Positions 35,256-44,903 are shown, numbered from the stretch's first letter. The stretch: 64,000 bases of DNA from Candidatus Latescibacterota bacterium (GCA_965207885.1 OZ242311.1:5888001-5952000); one strand, 5' to 3'. Numbers and translations are program-made. Notes: generated by a model from the sequence alone, not told the origin.

Positions 35256-36704
35256 TTAGTCCATCAGGGCGGCGAGTTCTTTTTCTACTTCGACGAGTTG
35301 TCGCATGTTGTCGAGAAACCAGGGGTCAATTTTGGTTGCGTCAAAAATTTCCTGTACGGATAGTCCCGCGTCATAAGCCGTTTTGAGATAGGCCAATCGC
35401 TGCGAGTTGGGTTCGCGCAGGCCGCGTTCGAGGGCTTCGCGCGAGAGGGTGTTGGGATGGATGTCTTTGCCGTCGGCACCAAATCCCGCACGCCCGATTT
35501 CGAGAGAGCGCAAGCCTTTTTGTAGTGCTTCTTTAAACGTGCGACCTATGGCCATGGTTTCACCTACAGATTTCATTTGTGTGCCCAACAGATCAGCAGT
35601 TTGGGGAAATTTTTCAAATGTCCAGCGCGGGATTTTGATGACGCAATAGTCGATGGTGGGTTCAAATGAGGCGGGTGTTTCGCGCGTGATGTCGTTTTGT
35701 ATTTCGTCAAGGGTGTATCCAATGGCGAGTTTGGCGGCTATTTTGGCGATGGGGAAGCCCGTGGCTTTTGAGGCGAGCGCAGAGCTTCGGGAGACGCGGG
35801 GGTTCATTTCTATGACGACGCGCCGGCCCGTGTTGGGATCCACTGCAAATTGGATGTTGGAGCCGCCGGTTTCCACGCCGATTTCGCGGATGCATGCGAT
35901 GGCGTCGTCGCGCATTTCCTGATATTCTTTGTCGGTGAGGGTTTGTGCGGGTGCCACGGTGATGGAGTCGCCCGTGTGTACGCCCATGGGGTCGAAGTTT
36001 TCTATGGAGCAGATGATGACGACGTTGTCGTTTTGATCGCGCATGACTTCGAGTTCGAATTCTTTCCAGCCGATGATGGATTCTTCTACGAGGATCTCAG
36101 AGGTGGGCGATAGGCTTAGTCCGTGTGCAGCAGCGTGTCTGAATTCTTCGATGTTATACGCGGTGCCAGCGCCTGTGCCGCCCAGGGTGTAGGATGGGCG
36201 GATGATGGCGGGAAATCCGATTTCAGTCGTGATGTCGAGTGCTTCTTTGAGGGTGTAGGCAAATCGGCCTTTGGGAAAGTCGAGGCCGATTTTATTCATG
36301 GCCTTTTGAAAGGCTTCGCGGTTTTCCGCTTTTTCTATGGCGTGTGGTTTTGCGCCGATCATTTCGACGTCGAATTTTTCGAGTGTCCCCTGTTCGTGCA
36401 GGGCCATGGCGGTGTTGAGGCCCGTTTGTCCGCCCAGGGTTGGGAGGAGGGCATCCGGGTGTTCTTTTTCGATGATTGCCGCGCATACTTCGGGTGTGAC
36501 GGGTTCGACATAAGTCTGGTCAGCCATTTCGGGGTCGGTCATGATGGTGGCGGGGTTGCTGTTGACCAGTACGACTTCGTATCCCTCTTCTTTGAGGGCT
36601 TTGCAGGCTTGCGTGCCCGAGTAGTCAAATTCACAGGCTTGTCCGATGACGATGGGACCAGAGCCGATGAGCATTATTTTTTTGAGGTCGGTTCGCTTGG
36701 GCAT
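35256..36704 (-). CDS. carB: Carbamoyl-phosphate synthase large subunit, N-terminal part
   Basis: [40 protein letters not shown]. Confidence 0.95.
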   Translation of the reverse strand: MPKRTDLKKIMLIGSGPIVIGQACEFDYSGTQACKALKEEGYEVVLVNSNPATIMTDPEMADQTYVEPVTPEVCAAIIEKEHPDALLPTLGGQTGLNTAMALHEQGTLEKFDVEMIGAKPHAIEKAENREAFQKAMNKIGLDFPKGRFAYTLKEALDITTEIGFPAIIRPSYTLGGTGAGTAYNIEEFRHAAAHGLSLSPTSEILVEESIIGWKEFELEVMRDQNDNVVIICSIENFDPMGVHTGDSITVAPAQTLTDKEYQEMRDDAIACIREIGVETGGSNIQFAVDPNTGRRVVIEMNPRVSRSSALASKATGFPIAKIAAKLAIGYTLDEIQNDITRETPASFEPTIDYCVIKIPRWTFEKFPQTADLLGTQMKSVGETMAIGRTFKEALQKGLRSLEIGRAGFGADGKDIHPNTLSREALERGLREPNSQRLAYLKTAYDAGLSVQEIFDATKIDPWFLDNMRQLVEVEKELAALMD

Positions 36705-36722
36705 TGGGTATAGGGTCCAAAA

Positions 36723-38342
36723 TCAGGTGGTGAGGTTCAGGTCAAAGTAGTCGGTGCTGTTGCGTATCTGGTGAATGGCTGCGGCAAAATTTTCGATGAT
36801 GTCACTGGCGATGAGGCTTATGTGTCCTGTTTTTTTCGCTGCGATATCAGCGGCGAGGCCGTGGAGATAGACGGCTGTGCATGCGGCGTCTGAGGGGGTG
36901 AGTCCCTGACCGATGAGTGCGGCCAATAGGCCCGTTAGTACGTCTCCTGTTCCGCCGGTGGCCATTCCCGGGTTGCCGGTTGGGTTGATGTGCGTTTCGC
37001 CTTCTGGCGTTGCGACGATGGTTGGCGCGCCTTTCAGGACTGTGGTGGCTCCGATGTCGGAGGCGAATTCCAGAGCGCGTGCTATGGGGTCGCGCTGTAT
37101 TTCGGCGATGCTGTATCCGGTCAGGCGCGCAAATTCCCCGATGTGCGGGGTGAGTACCAGGGGTGTTTCACAGGCGCGGATCGCATCGAGGTCTCCGGCG
37201 AGGGCGTTGAGGGCGTCGGCGTCAATGACTGCGGGACAAACGCAGTCGCGCACGAGGCGGCGGATGAGTTCGACGGTTTCTCGATGGGTGCCCAGGCCCG
37301 GTCCAATGGCTATGCTGTCGGCTGTGCGACAGGCGCGTTGTATTTCGCCCCGGGCACGCAGGGATAAGCATCTGACTTTTTTTATTTCGGGTAGTGGGTG
37401 GGTCATTGCTTCGGTGACTTTGGTTTCGAGTATGTCGTTGAGGCTTTTGGGTACGCCGAGTGTGACGAGGCCCGCGCCTCCTTTGAGTGCTGCGTTTGCC
37501 GAGAGTGCCGCCGCGCCTGTGAGTCCCACAGATCCGGCGAGGATATATACTCTGCCGCAGTTTCCTTTGTGGGCGTTGGGTTCCCGTTGGGGGAGCAGGC
37601 GAGCGCAGCGGCGGTTGTCTATCAGGTAGGTGCTGATGCGTTCGGACTCAATTGCCGAACGTGGTATCCCGATGTCGATGAGGTGCAGTTTGCCGCATTG
37701 GGCGCGTCCGGGGTAGAAGAAGTGTCCAATGCGGGGCAGTGCAAATGTGACTGTGCAGTTTGCGGTTGCACAGGGTCCTTCGATTTTGCCTGTGTCGGCG
37801 TTGAGTCCAGAGGGTATATCTACGGCGACTATGGGGCATTGGGCGCGGGTGAGTGCGTCTATGAGTTCGGCGTATATGCCGCGGGGAGGTCCTTGAATGC
37901 CTGTGCCCAGGAGGGCGTCAACGGCGATGTCGGCATTGTTTAGTGCGTTTTGTACTGTTGCGATGCGATCAACCGGCTGCACGATGTCCGGGGGCAGTCG
38001 GTCGAGGTTGGTTTTTGCATCGCCTGTTATTTCCCGGGCGGATGTGGCTGTGAATACCTGGACTTTTGCACCGCTTTGGGCAGCTTGCCTGGCGATGACA
38101 AAGCCGTCGCCGCCGTTGTTGCCTTTGCCACAGAGGATGACGATGTGCCGGTTTTGGAGTTCGCCCAACAGGTTTTCTACTGCCCGGGTTACACCTTGCC
38201 CGGCGGCTTCCATGAGTTCTATGCCCGGCATACCACTGTCAATTGCCCGATGGTCAATAGATGCCATCTGGGAGCCGGTGATAAGCTCAATCATAGGGGA
38301 GGGTGCGAGGTCGTGCGCGCGGTGTGAGATTTTCTGGGTCAT
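36723..38342 (-). CDS. nnr: Bifunctional NAD(P)H-hydrate epimerase/dehydratase (start may be 38294)
   Basis: CGKGNNGGDG, DALLGTG, VDIPSG, HKGNCG, TPHIGE, MATGGTGDVL. Confidence 0.93.
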   Translation of the reverse strand: MTQKISHRAHDLAPSPMIELITGSQMASIDHRAIDSGMPGIELMEAAGQGVTRAVENLLGELQNRHIVILCGKGNNGGDGFVIARQAAQSGAKVQVFTATSAREITGDAKTNLDRLPPDIVQPVDRIATVQNALNNADIAVDALLGTGIQGPPRGIYAELIDALTRAQCPIVAVDIPSGLNADTGKIEGPCATANCTVTFALPRIGHFFYPGRAQCGKLHLIDIGIPRSAIESERISTYLIDNRRCARLLPQREPNAHKGNCGRVYILAGSVGLTGAAALSANAALKGGAGLVTLGVPKSLNDILETKVTEAMTHPLPEIKKVRCLSLRARGEIQRACRTADSIAIGPGLGTHRETVELIRRLVRDCVCPAVIDADALNALAGDLDAIRACETPLVLTPHIGEFARLTGYSIAEIQRDPIARALEFASDIGATTVLKGAPTIVATPEGETHINPTGNPGMATGGTGDVLTGLLAALIGQGLTPSDAACTAVYLHGLAADIAAKKTGHISLIASDIIENFAAAIHQIRNSTDYFDLNLTT

Positions 38343-38494
38343 GTTACAAGTTTGTGCCTAAAAATACAGGAAGGACACGGGCAATGCAAACCCTTTTTTG
38401 GCGGATGTAAGCATCGGGGCTTATTGGGTATGTGATTGCTAAATAGAAGAAAAACAAAGTTTAAGTGTGGTTTCGCCGAGTTGATACAAACCGC

Positions 38495-38523
38495 TTGACA
38501 CAGATGGGGGGCTTGTCTATACT
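38495..38523 (+). promoter_or_regulatory. Sigma-70 promoter of the tRNA-Ser/gltX operon
   Basis: TTGACA-17-TATACT, 13 nt before the tRNA. Confidence 0.8.
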
Positions 38524-38536
38524 TTTCAGATGGTGT

Positions 38537-38624
38537 GGTGGGGTGCGAGAGCGGTCGAATCGGGCGGTCTTGAAAACCGTTGACCCTCGCGGGTCCGTGG
38601 GTTCGAATCCCACCCCCACCGCCA
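38537..38624 (+). tRNA. tRNA-Ser(TGA)
   Basis: GGTGGGG/CCCCACC acceptor stem, CTTGAAA loop, long variable arm, GTTCGAATC, CCA end. Confidence 0.96.
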
Positions 38625-38680
38625 TTTAAAGTGTGAAGGGGGAAGTGTGAAGGGGGAAGGGAAATCCTTTTCTCGACCTC

Positions 38681-38713
38681 GTCATCGCGGCATGGTGTTG
38701 AGCCGCGATCCAG
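38681..38713 (+). repeat. REP-like palindrome A, copy 4 (between tRNAs)
   Basis: GTCATCGCGGCATGGTGTTGAGCCGCGATCCAG. Confidence 0.85.
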
Positions 38714-38774
38714 CTTTATTTACCTTGCCTTTACACACGTCCTTTGTTACTTTTGGCTGTTCGTTTTTGTTCGC

Positions 38775-38867
<93 letters not shown>

Positions 38868-38889
38868 ATAATTGATAGGTCGATTTTCG

Positions 38890-40311
38890 ATGTCGGATAC
38901 GGTTTTGCGTTTTGCGCCGTCTCCCACTGGTGGGTTTCACGTGGGCAATGCGCGAACGGCGATTTTTAATCATCTTTACGCGAAGCACTACCAGGCAAAG
39001 TTGTTGTTGCGCGTGGAAGATACAGATCGTGAGCGTTTTACGGAGTCGTCTCTTCAGACGATTCTGGACGGTTTGAACTGGCTCGGTGTTGATTTTGACG
39101 CCGAGCCAGTGTTTCAGTCGGATAATGTCGAGGCGCATAAGCAAGCCGCCGAGCGTCTGGTGGAGACGGGGCATGCGTATTACGGCTATGAGACTGCGGA
39201 GGAGCTTGACGCGATGCGCCGGCAGGCGCAGGTCGAGAAGCGGCGCGTGCGCTACGATCGGGATTTGACGCCGGAACAGCAGGCGGCTTTTGAGGCTGAG
39301 GGCCGGCCACGGGTTGTGCGGTTTAAGGTGCCAGCGGGTGAGACGGTCTGGCACGATCGCATTCGGGGTGTGCAGCGGTGGGATAATGCCGAGGTTGAGG
39401 ACTTTGTTTTGTTGCGGCCCGATGGGTCCCCTGTATATAATCTCGCGGTGGTGGTGGATGATCACGATATGGGTGTGAATATGGTGTTGCGGTCTGCGGA
39501 TCATTTGTCGAATACACCGAAGCAGATTATGCTGTTTGAGGCGTTGTCGTGGATGGTGCCGGAGTATGGGCATTCGACGCTGATTTTGGGTCCCGATGGC
39601 AGTAAGTTGTCCAAGCGCCACGGTGCGACGACGATTTCGGAGTATCAGGAGCGGGGTTTTTTGCCGGATGCGATGTTCAATTATCTCGCGCTGTTGGGAT
39701 GGGCACCCGGGGATGAGCGCGAGGTGTTTGCGCGAGATGAGTTGACCGGGGCGTTTTCAGTTGAGGGGTTGCTCAAGCGAGATGCGATTTTTGATGAGAA
39801 GAAACTGGTCTGGCTCAATGGCGAGCATATGCGTCTTCGTCCGGTGGATGAGGTTCTGGATGATGCGATACCGGTTTGGGTTGCGGAGGGATGGCTTACA
39901 GAGGCAGAGGCTTCTGTGCGGCGGGATGAGTTGATGAGGATTGCGGCGTTGTTGCAGCCGCGGTTGCATACGCTTCAGGATTTGAAGCATACGGGTTATT
40001 TTTTTGTGGATCCGGAAGGGTATGATGCAAAGACGGCTAAGAAGAATTGGAAGACGGATACGCCCGAGCGTGTTGAGTTGATGATTGAGCGTTTGGAGGA
40101 TTTGGATTCGTTCGATGAGGGCGATATCGAGGGTGTGACGCGCACACTATCTGGTGAATTGGGAATTTCGGCTTCCAGGCTGATTCATCCGACGCGTCTT
40201 GCGCTTTGCGGCGTTGGGTTTGGGCCGGGGTTGTTTGAACTGATGGCTGTGCTCGGGCGGGAGACCTGTGTTCGCCGGCTGAAAAAGGCTCTGGAGGTTT
40301 TGGGGTCGTGA
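38890..40311 (+). CDS. gltX: Glutamate--tRNA ligase
   Basis: RFAPSPTG, HVGN, LRVEDTD, KLSKR, anticodon-binding domain. Confidence 0.95.
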   Translation: MSDTVLRFAPSPTGGFHVGNARTAIFNHLYAKHYQAKLLLRVEDTDRERFTESSLQTILDGLNWLGVDFDAEPVFQSDNVEAHKQAAERLVETGHAYYGYETAEELDAMRRQAQVEKRRVRYDRDLTPEQQAAFEAEGRPRVVRFKVPAGETVWHDRIRGVQRWDNAEVEDFVLLRPDGSPVYNLAVVVDDHDMGVNMVLRSADHLSNTPKQIMLFEALSWMVPEYGHSTLILGPDGSKLSKRHGATTISEYQERGFLPDAMFNYLALLGWAPGDEREVFARDELTGAFSVEGLLKRDAIFDEKKLVWLNGEHMRLRPVDEVLDDAIPVWVAEGWLTEAEASVRRDELMRIAALLQPRLHTLQDLKHTGYFFVDPEGYDAKTAKKNWKTDTPERVELMIERLEDLDSFDEGDIEGVTRTLSGELGISASRLIHPTRLALCGVGFGPGLFELMAVLGRETCVRRLKKALEVLGS

Positions 40312-40348
40312 TGGGGAGCGTCATCCTGAATCGCTGATTATATATTTT

Positions 40349-40422
40349 TGCCCCCTCGTCTAATGGCAAGACATGCGGCTCTGGACCGTAGAATCGGGGT
40401 TCGAATCCCTGGGGGGCAACCA
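40349..40422 (+). tRNA. tRNA-Gln(CTG)
   Basis: TGCCCCC/GGGGGCA acceptor stem, CTCTGGA loop, GTTCGAATC, CCA end. Confidence 0.96.
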
Positions 40423-40438
40423 ATTTTTTTAATAATAG

Positions 40439-40472
40439 AATGCCCCAGCATCGTTGTGCTGGGGCATATTTT
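40439..40472. terminator. Intrinsic terminator after tRNA-Gln
   Basis: ATGCCCCAGCA-TCGTTG-TGCTGGGGCAT followed by T-run. Confidence 0.8.
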
Positions 40473-40501
40473 TGTCGTTCGATTCAAACTATATCAGGTG
40501 G

Positions 40502-41335
40502 TTATTCCGCTTCCAGAACTTCCGGATCCAGTTGATACCAGAACACCTCGCCAGAGTCAATGAGACCATGTATCCGATCATCTCGGTGCAGGCCAGCAAC
40601 AGCAGGATAGGACCGATCACCCGTGAACCTGGTCAGGAACGCAGCGTTGCGGCGTGCGCGCGTGGTATCTCGACCATTAACGGTGAAGGAGATTTCTACG
40701 GCGATATAGCACGTTGCGCCTTTCTGGTCTGTAGCCTCTATAACCAGGTCGGCACGTCGGAAGCTTCTCAACTCGTTTGTGGGAATGCCCGATGTGTCAG
40801 CGCGGGCAAGCAGTGTCCCGAGATCATCCTGGGTGAGGGTCTTTGTCCGTTGAAAACCCATGTCCTCGGCAATGATGGATGCCTCGCGGATAGCGGCATC
40901 TCGAGCGTGGGATCCTTTGAGCGGACCGAGATCATCTTGAATGGACTTCACCCTGATTTTGAGTACGCCGACATCTTCTTTGAGTATGACGGAATCCTCC
41001 TTAAGTGTGCCGACATCCTCTTTGAGTGTGCTAACATCCTCTTTGAGTGTGCTAACATCCTCTTTGAGTGTGCTAACATCCTCTTTGAGTGTGCTAACAT
41101 CCTCCTGGATAGACGTCACTCTGTTTTCAAGTGCGTCAAAGCGCCGGTTCGTGGCTTCAACGAATCTGTTCATCTCTGCGACAAAGCTGTTCATCTCTGC
41201 GACAAACTCGGTGAACTTTTCGGGCAGTTCAATAAGTTCCCGCGTCAGCAGCCGGGCACGCAGGGCATCCGCCCATTCAGGGTTGTCGTCCAGGATGCGA
41301 ATGAGGTCTTCTATTGTATGAACCGTGGTGTTCAC
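40502..41335 (-). CDS. Coiled-coil heptad-repeat protein with C-terminal PD-(D/E)XK-like domain
   Basis: EDVSTLK repeats; RADLVIEA...YIAVEIS...DTTRA pattern. Confidence 0.75.
   Translation of the reverse strand: MNTTVHTIEDLIRILDDNPEWADALRARLLTRELIELPEKFTEFVAEMNSFVAEMNRFVEATNRRFDALENRVTSIQEDVSTLKEDVSTLKEDVSTLKEDVSTLKEDVGTLKEDSVILKEDVGVLKIRVKSIQDDLGPLKGSHARDAAIREASIIAEDMGFQRTKTLTQDDLGTLLARADTSGIPTNELRSFRRADLVIEATDQKGATCYIAVEISFTVNGRDTTRARRNAAFLTRFTGDRSYPAVAGLHRDDRIHGLIDSGEVFWYQLDPEVLEAE
41020..41103. repeat. 21-bp tandem repeat, four exact copies plus degenerate flanks
   Basis: CTTTGAGTGTGCTAACATCCT x4. Confidence 0.95.
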
Positions 41336-41495
41336 AGATTTTCCTCAATAGCCATTTTATCCATCGTCCAATCAGCGGGACAGGGCAATAACTTGACTGA
41401 ATCAAATCAATATACGGAAATTGTGTACCTGGGGCAATATAGCGTCTGTAAATTTTTTCTGATATTATCTCAATAGATAATGTGGGCGTTGTTGC

Positions 41496-41626
41496 AAAAA
41501 AATGAGGGGACGGCAGGGAGGGATACCATTTACCTTGCCGCCCCCGAAGACCGGGCTTGAGTGAAGGGATATCTCGGCCCGGTCGTTGTGTTCATGGGGA
41601 TTCGTATTAACGCTGATCGAACACTT
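41496..41626 (-). ncRNA. Candidate small RNA: three adjacent hairpins with AUCCC at each apex, then a U-run
   Basis: Stems at 41588-41624, 41549-41584 and 41506-41545; T7 run after the last stem on the minus strand. Confidence 0.5.
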
Positions 41627-41817
41627 AGACGGGCTACAAACGTTTTTGGTGTCAAATTTGGAGGGAAAAAATGGATCCCGGTACAAAAATATGGAGCGGT
41701 TCAAAAAAGCCGAGTATTTGTGGGGAATTTCTACTAAATTATGATGCTAATAATTCTCGTGTTATATTTTGCATGAATGATTCCTTTTCTTATTCACACT
41801 TCTCCTGGAGATTTTCT

Positions 41818-42159
41818 ATGATTTACGATATGCGTACCTACGACCTGAATCCCGGTGCTTTGCAAGCCTATATGGATGCGGTGCGCGAGGTGGCACTTCC
41901 TCTGCGTGAAGACTACGGCGTCAAGCTTGCCGGGTGGTATTATACCGATATTGGAAAATTAAATCGCGTTGTTCATATTTGGGCGTATCGCGATTATACC
42001 CATTTTGATCAGGCGCGGCAGGCTGTCCGCAGCGATCCTCGATGGGTCAATGACTATCTGCCTCGCGTCAAAGGGCTTGTGGTGCGCCAGCAAGATCAAA
42101 TTATGCTCGCGTCCGATTTTTTTGAGTCCCGGGTGCCGGCTCTGTCGGAAGATGCATGA
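41818..42159 (+). CDS. NIPSNAP-family protein
   Basis: MIYDMRTYDL, GWYYTDIGKLNRVVHIWAY. Confidence 0.92.
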   Translation: MIYDMRTYDLNPGALQAYMDAVREVALPLREDYGVKLAGWYYTDIGKLNRVVHIWAYRDYTHFDQARQAVRSDPRWVNDYLPRVKGLVVRQQDQIMLASDFFESRVPALSEDA

Positions 42160-42181
42160 GCGGGTTGTTGCGTTTAAAAAT

Positions 42182-42230
42182 AAAAAAGAACGGGTAGAGA
42201 GTATTGCAATTCTCTACCCGTTTCCTTTTT
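42182..42230. terminator. Bidirectional intrinsic terminator
   Basis: AACGGGTAGAGA...TCTCTACCCGTT with flanking A- and T-runs. Confidence 0.8.
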
Positions 42231-42259
42231 GCCTGGGAGATTAGTCAGGGTAGGCAATG

Positions 42260-43210
42260 TCAGTCGTCATCCTTGCCCGGGATGTTCAGGCGGAATAGCA
42301 CGGGGTGGTGGTCCGAGTAGTGCTGTGCAAATAGGCTCCCTTTGTACGGGTCGCCGGGATAGGTTTCGGAGCCTTGCCAGGTGCCGCGCATCTGGTCGAT
42401 GAGGTTGATGACTTGAAAATCAAATGCCTCGTCTATCTCGTCTGACCTGGCCGGGCGGTACATGACGTGGTCATAGGGTTTGCTGCTTTTGACCGCTGTG
42501 TTCGTTTTTCGGCATTCGTCGTTGAGCGATACAAATCCCAGCGGTGTTACTGCTTTAAGCTCTGCGGCGTTTTCGATGTTCATATCCCCTACGATGTAGA
42601 AGTCCTCTTCCTGTGCGTCGTGGCGGTCGATCCACTGGGCGATGCTCAAAAGTTCGGCTTTGCGTTCTTTTTTCTTGTTTCGGCCGGGAGATAAATGGAC
42701 GTTGATGACGACGAAATCCATTTTGCCATCTATGGTGCGGAAGCCGTGGGCGTGGGGCACGCGGGGATATACGGGATGGGCAGAGCGGTCTTTTGCGAGG
42801 AATCCATGGGGTAGATCACTGGCAATTTTCAGTTTGCCGGGTTTGTAAAAGACTACGGACCATTCGGTGCTCGATCCGGCTTTGTGGATTTTTTCGCCTC
42901 TTCCCGTGTCTTCACAAGATAGGGAGTAATCAAATCCCTGTGCGCTCATGGCATCGAAGAATGCATCGGCTTCAGGGTCTTCGCTATAGGGCTTCCCATC
43001 GCAGTATTGACCGTTATCAGGTGGGGCAACGAGTTCCTGGACGACGACCATGTCGTATTTTTTGACCAATTGGGCAAGTGCTTCGTTGTTCTTCTTTTTG
43101 TATAGACCGACGAATTTGATGTTGAAAGAACAGATCGTGATTTGTTCGTCAACTTGTGGTCGGCAACCGAATAATAACAGGAGAATGAAGCATAAAAGGT
43201 GTTTTTTCAT
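42260..43210 (-). CDS. Endonuclease/exonuclease/phosphatase (DNase I-like) lipoprotein
   Basis: Lipobox LFGC; SFNI, QEL, NVHL, GDMN, YDH and SDHHPV catalytic motifs. Confidence 0.88.
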   Translation of the reverse strand: MKKHLLCFILLLLFGCRPQVDEQITICSFNIKFVGLYKKKNNEALAQLVKKYDMVVVQELVAPPDNGQYCDGKPYSEDPEADAFFDAMSAQGFDYSLSCEDTGRGEKIHKAGSSTEWSVVFYKPGKLKIASDLPHGFLAKDRSAHPVYPRVPHAHGFRTIDGKMDFVVINVHLSPGRNKKKERKAELLSIAQWIDRHDAQEEDFYIVGDMNIENAAELKAVTPLGFVSLNDECRKTNTAVKSSKPYDHVMYRPARSDEIDEAFDFQVINLIDQMRGTWQGSETYPGDPYKGSLFAQHYSDHHPVLFRLNIPGKDDD

Positions 43211-43240
43211 GGTGTTCCTGTGTTGGATACAATTCTCATC

Positions 43241-43480
43241 GTGACTACTCCCAACGCTAAAGCAGTTGGGCTTCTTGGCGGTCAAGCCACCTGACGTTGT
43301 AGCCCCAACGTCAATATGTTTATCGCAGCATTGTGGTCTCTGTCCGTCTTATAGCCACACGCCTTGCAATGATGCACACGATCAGAAAGTGTTTTCTTCT
43401 CTCTATGTCCGCATGCAGAGCAATCTTGTGACGTATAGTCAGGCTTGACGGCTTTGAATCCAATACCAGCCTCTTCCGCA
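43241..43480 (-). mobile_element. tnpB: IS200/IS605-family relic: tnpB 3' fragment with right-end hairpin
   Basis: AEEAG...YTSQDCSACG...HCKACG..DRDHNAAINI; then GAAGCCCAACTGCTTTAGCGTTGGGAGTAGTCAC. Confidence 0.85.
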
Positions 43481-43497
43481 TGGAGTGCATCATTATA

Positions 43498-43554
43498 TCG
43501 ATCATCAAAATAGGCACTGACAACCGAAGTATCCAAATATATCCTGAGTGCCAA
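43498..43554 (-). pseudogene. N-terminal fragment of a PIN-domain gene fused in frame to the tnpB fragment
   Basis: LRIYLDTSVVSAYFDDR is a typical PIN first strand/helix; AGGAGG RBS upstream. Confidence 0.65.
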
Positions 43555-43660
43555 ACCGCCTCCTATCTGATATACAATATACTAAAAAAAAGAAGCCAAA
43601 ACAATGGGGCTACGTTCGGATGTGCCTATAGGAAGGGGGACCAGGTCTCCCCTAAAAATA

Positions 43661-43693
43661 TCTGGATCGCGGCTTAAACCATGCCGCGATGAC
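43661..43693 (-). repeat. REP-like palindrome A, copy 5 (inverted), clustered with element B and a third hairpin to ~43787
   Basis: TCTGGATCGCGGCTTAAACCATGCCGCGATGAC. Confidence 0.85.
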
Positions 43694-43867
43694 ACACAAG
43701 AGCCTGCCCCGTAGTGACTCTATACGGAGGCAAGGGCCCCTTGCTTAAACCCTCAAGGGCAAGCTCTGCATAGTTTAAGCAGGGGACAAAAAAATACTTG
43801 AAGAACGCCTGAATTTTATCGACCATGAGCGCGGGAATATCTGACAATTTTGGAGAGGAGATTTATT

Positions 43868-44425
43868 ATGAGCAATGGACAAATCATTTTTCAGGATACA
43901 TTTGACGGCGGGCTGGATAGCGGCTGGTCGTGGTTGCGGGAACATCCCGATGATTGGCGGATTCGGGATGGGGGGCTGGAGATTTGCGTGCGTCCCGGTG
44001 TGAAAGATACGGTGCAAAATGCTTTGCTCAGGTCCGCGCCAGATCGCGGTGACGGTGCGTATGCGGTTGAGGTTACGATTACCAATCACAGCCAGCCGAC
44101 GCAGCAATACGAGCAGGCGGGTATTACGTGGTATCACAATGGGGAACCGGTGTTCAAAGAGGTGAAGGAACTCATTGATGGCGATCTGTACATTATTCCC
44201 GGGAAGCAGCCGATGCCGACGCAGAGCGTTCGCCTGCGTCTTATTGTCACTGCGAGCACCTGGGAAGCGCAGTATCGTGCCGAGGGTGAGTCCGCGTTCC
44301 AGACTGCGGCTTCGGGTGAGCTTCCGTCTCCTGGCGATGATCAGGTGAGTATTCAGTGCTATAATGGTCCGGAGAAAGGCGATCACTGGATACGGTTTTC
44401 GGATTTTTGTATTAAGCGTGTATAA
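43868..44425 (+). CDS. DUF1349/ConA-like beta-sandwich protein
   Basis: WSWLRE...QYEQAGI...F.DF.I pattern; GGAGAGGAG RBS. Confidence 0.65.
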   Translation: MSNGQIIFQDTFDGGLDSGWSWLREHPDDWRIRDGGLEICVRPGVKDTVQNALLRSAPDRGDGAYAVEVTITNHSQPTQQYEQAGITWYHNGEPVFKEVKELIDGDLYIIPGKQPMPTQSVRLRLIVTASTWEAQYRAEGESAFQTAASGELPSPGDDQVSIQCYNGPEKGDHWIRFSDFCIKRV

Positions 44426-44459
44426 AAAAAGCACCATCTCAAAACGAGATGGTGCTTTT
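44424..44459. terminator. Bidirectional intrinsic terminator
   Basis: AAAAGCACCATCTC-AAAAC-GAGATGGTGCTTTT. Confidence 0.85.
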
Positions 44460-44484
44460 GGGTTAATTCTGAAATTATTTCAGA

Positions 44485-44685
44485 TTATGCCTTTGTGACA
44501 TTCGCTGCCTGGAGGCCCTTAGGTCCCTGGGTAATGTCAAATTCGACAACGTCCCCTTCGGATAAGGACTTAAAGCCTTCGGCTTGGATCGCTGAGAAAT
44601 GGACGAAAACATCTTCGCCCCCGTCTTGCTCGATAAAGCCGAATCCTTTGGCGTCGTTAAACCATTTAACTCTTCCTTCTGCCAA
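44485..44685 (-). CDS. Cold-shock protein (CspA family), TTG start
   Basis: [32 protein letters not shown]. Confidence 0.96.
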   Translation of the reverse strand: MAEGRVKWFNDAKGFGFIEQDGGEDVFVHFSAIQAEGFKSLSEGDVVEFDITQGPKGLQAANVTKA

Positions 44686-44848
44686 CGTACTTCACCACCT
44701 TTCTACATCGAAAATTGCACATCAGAACGAAAAAAGGCAAGAATCAGAAGTTTCGATTCTTGCCATACCGTCTTTTCAGGCCGATTGTACAGGAAACAAA
44801 ACAACACATTCTTAACACATGGGCACAAATACCCATTATACAAGGGCA

Positions 44849-44877
44849 AAGATACCCTTTATCATCTCAGAAGTCAA
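44849..44877 (-). promoter_or_regulatory. Sigma-70 promoter of the csp gene, implying a ~155-nt 5' UTR
   Basis: TTGACT-17-TATCTT. Confidence 0.55.
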
Positions 44878-44903
44878 CGTTTTTTCCAAAAAAAAGTTCC
44901 ATC

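Noticed and set aside
38890-40422. gltX next to tRNA-Gln as proof of a non-discriminating GluRS
   Set aside because: This linkage is common, and specificity cannot be determined without knowing glnS/gatCAB content.
41020-41103. 21-bp repeats as a CRISPR array
   Set aside because: No spacers, lies in frame inside a CDS, and no cas genes are present.
40454-41476. 340-aa plus-strand ORF with ECANILF repeats
   Set aside because: Antisense shadow of the coiled-coil gene, which has an RBS and recognisable motifs.
41496-41640. 6S, SRP or other housekeeping RNA
   Set aside because: It folds as three local hairpins rather than one long rod, and I found no SRP or 6S signature; kept only as an unknown sRNA candidate.
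40349-44460. Integrative element at tRNA-Gln
   Set aside because: No integrase and no duplicated tRNA 3' end were found downstream.
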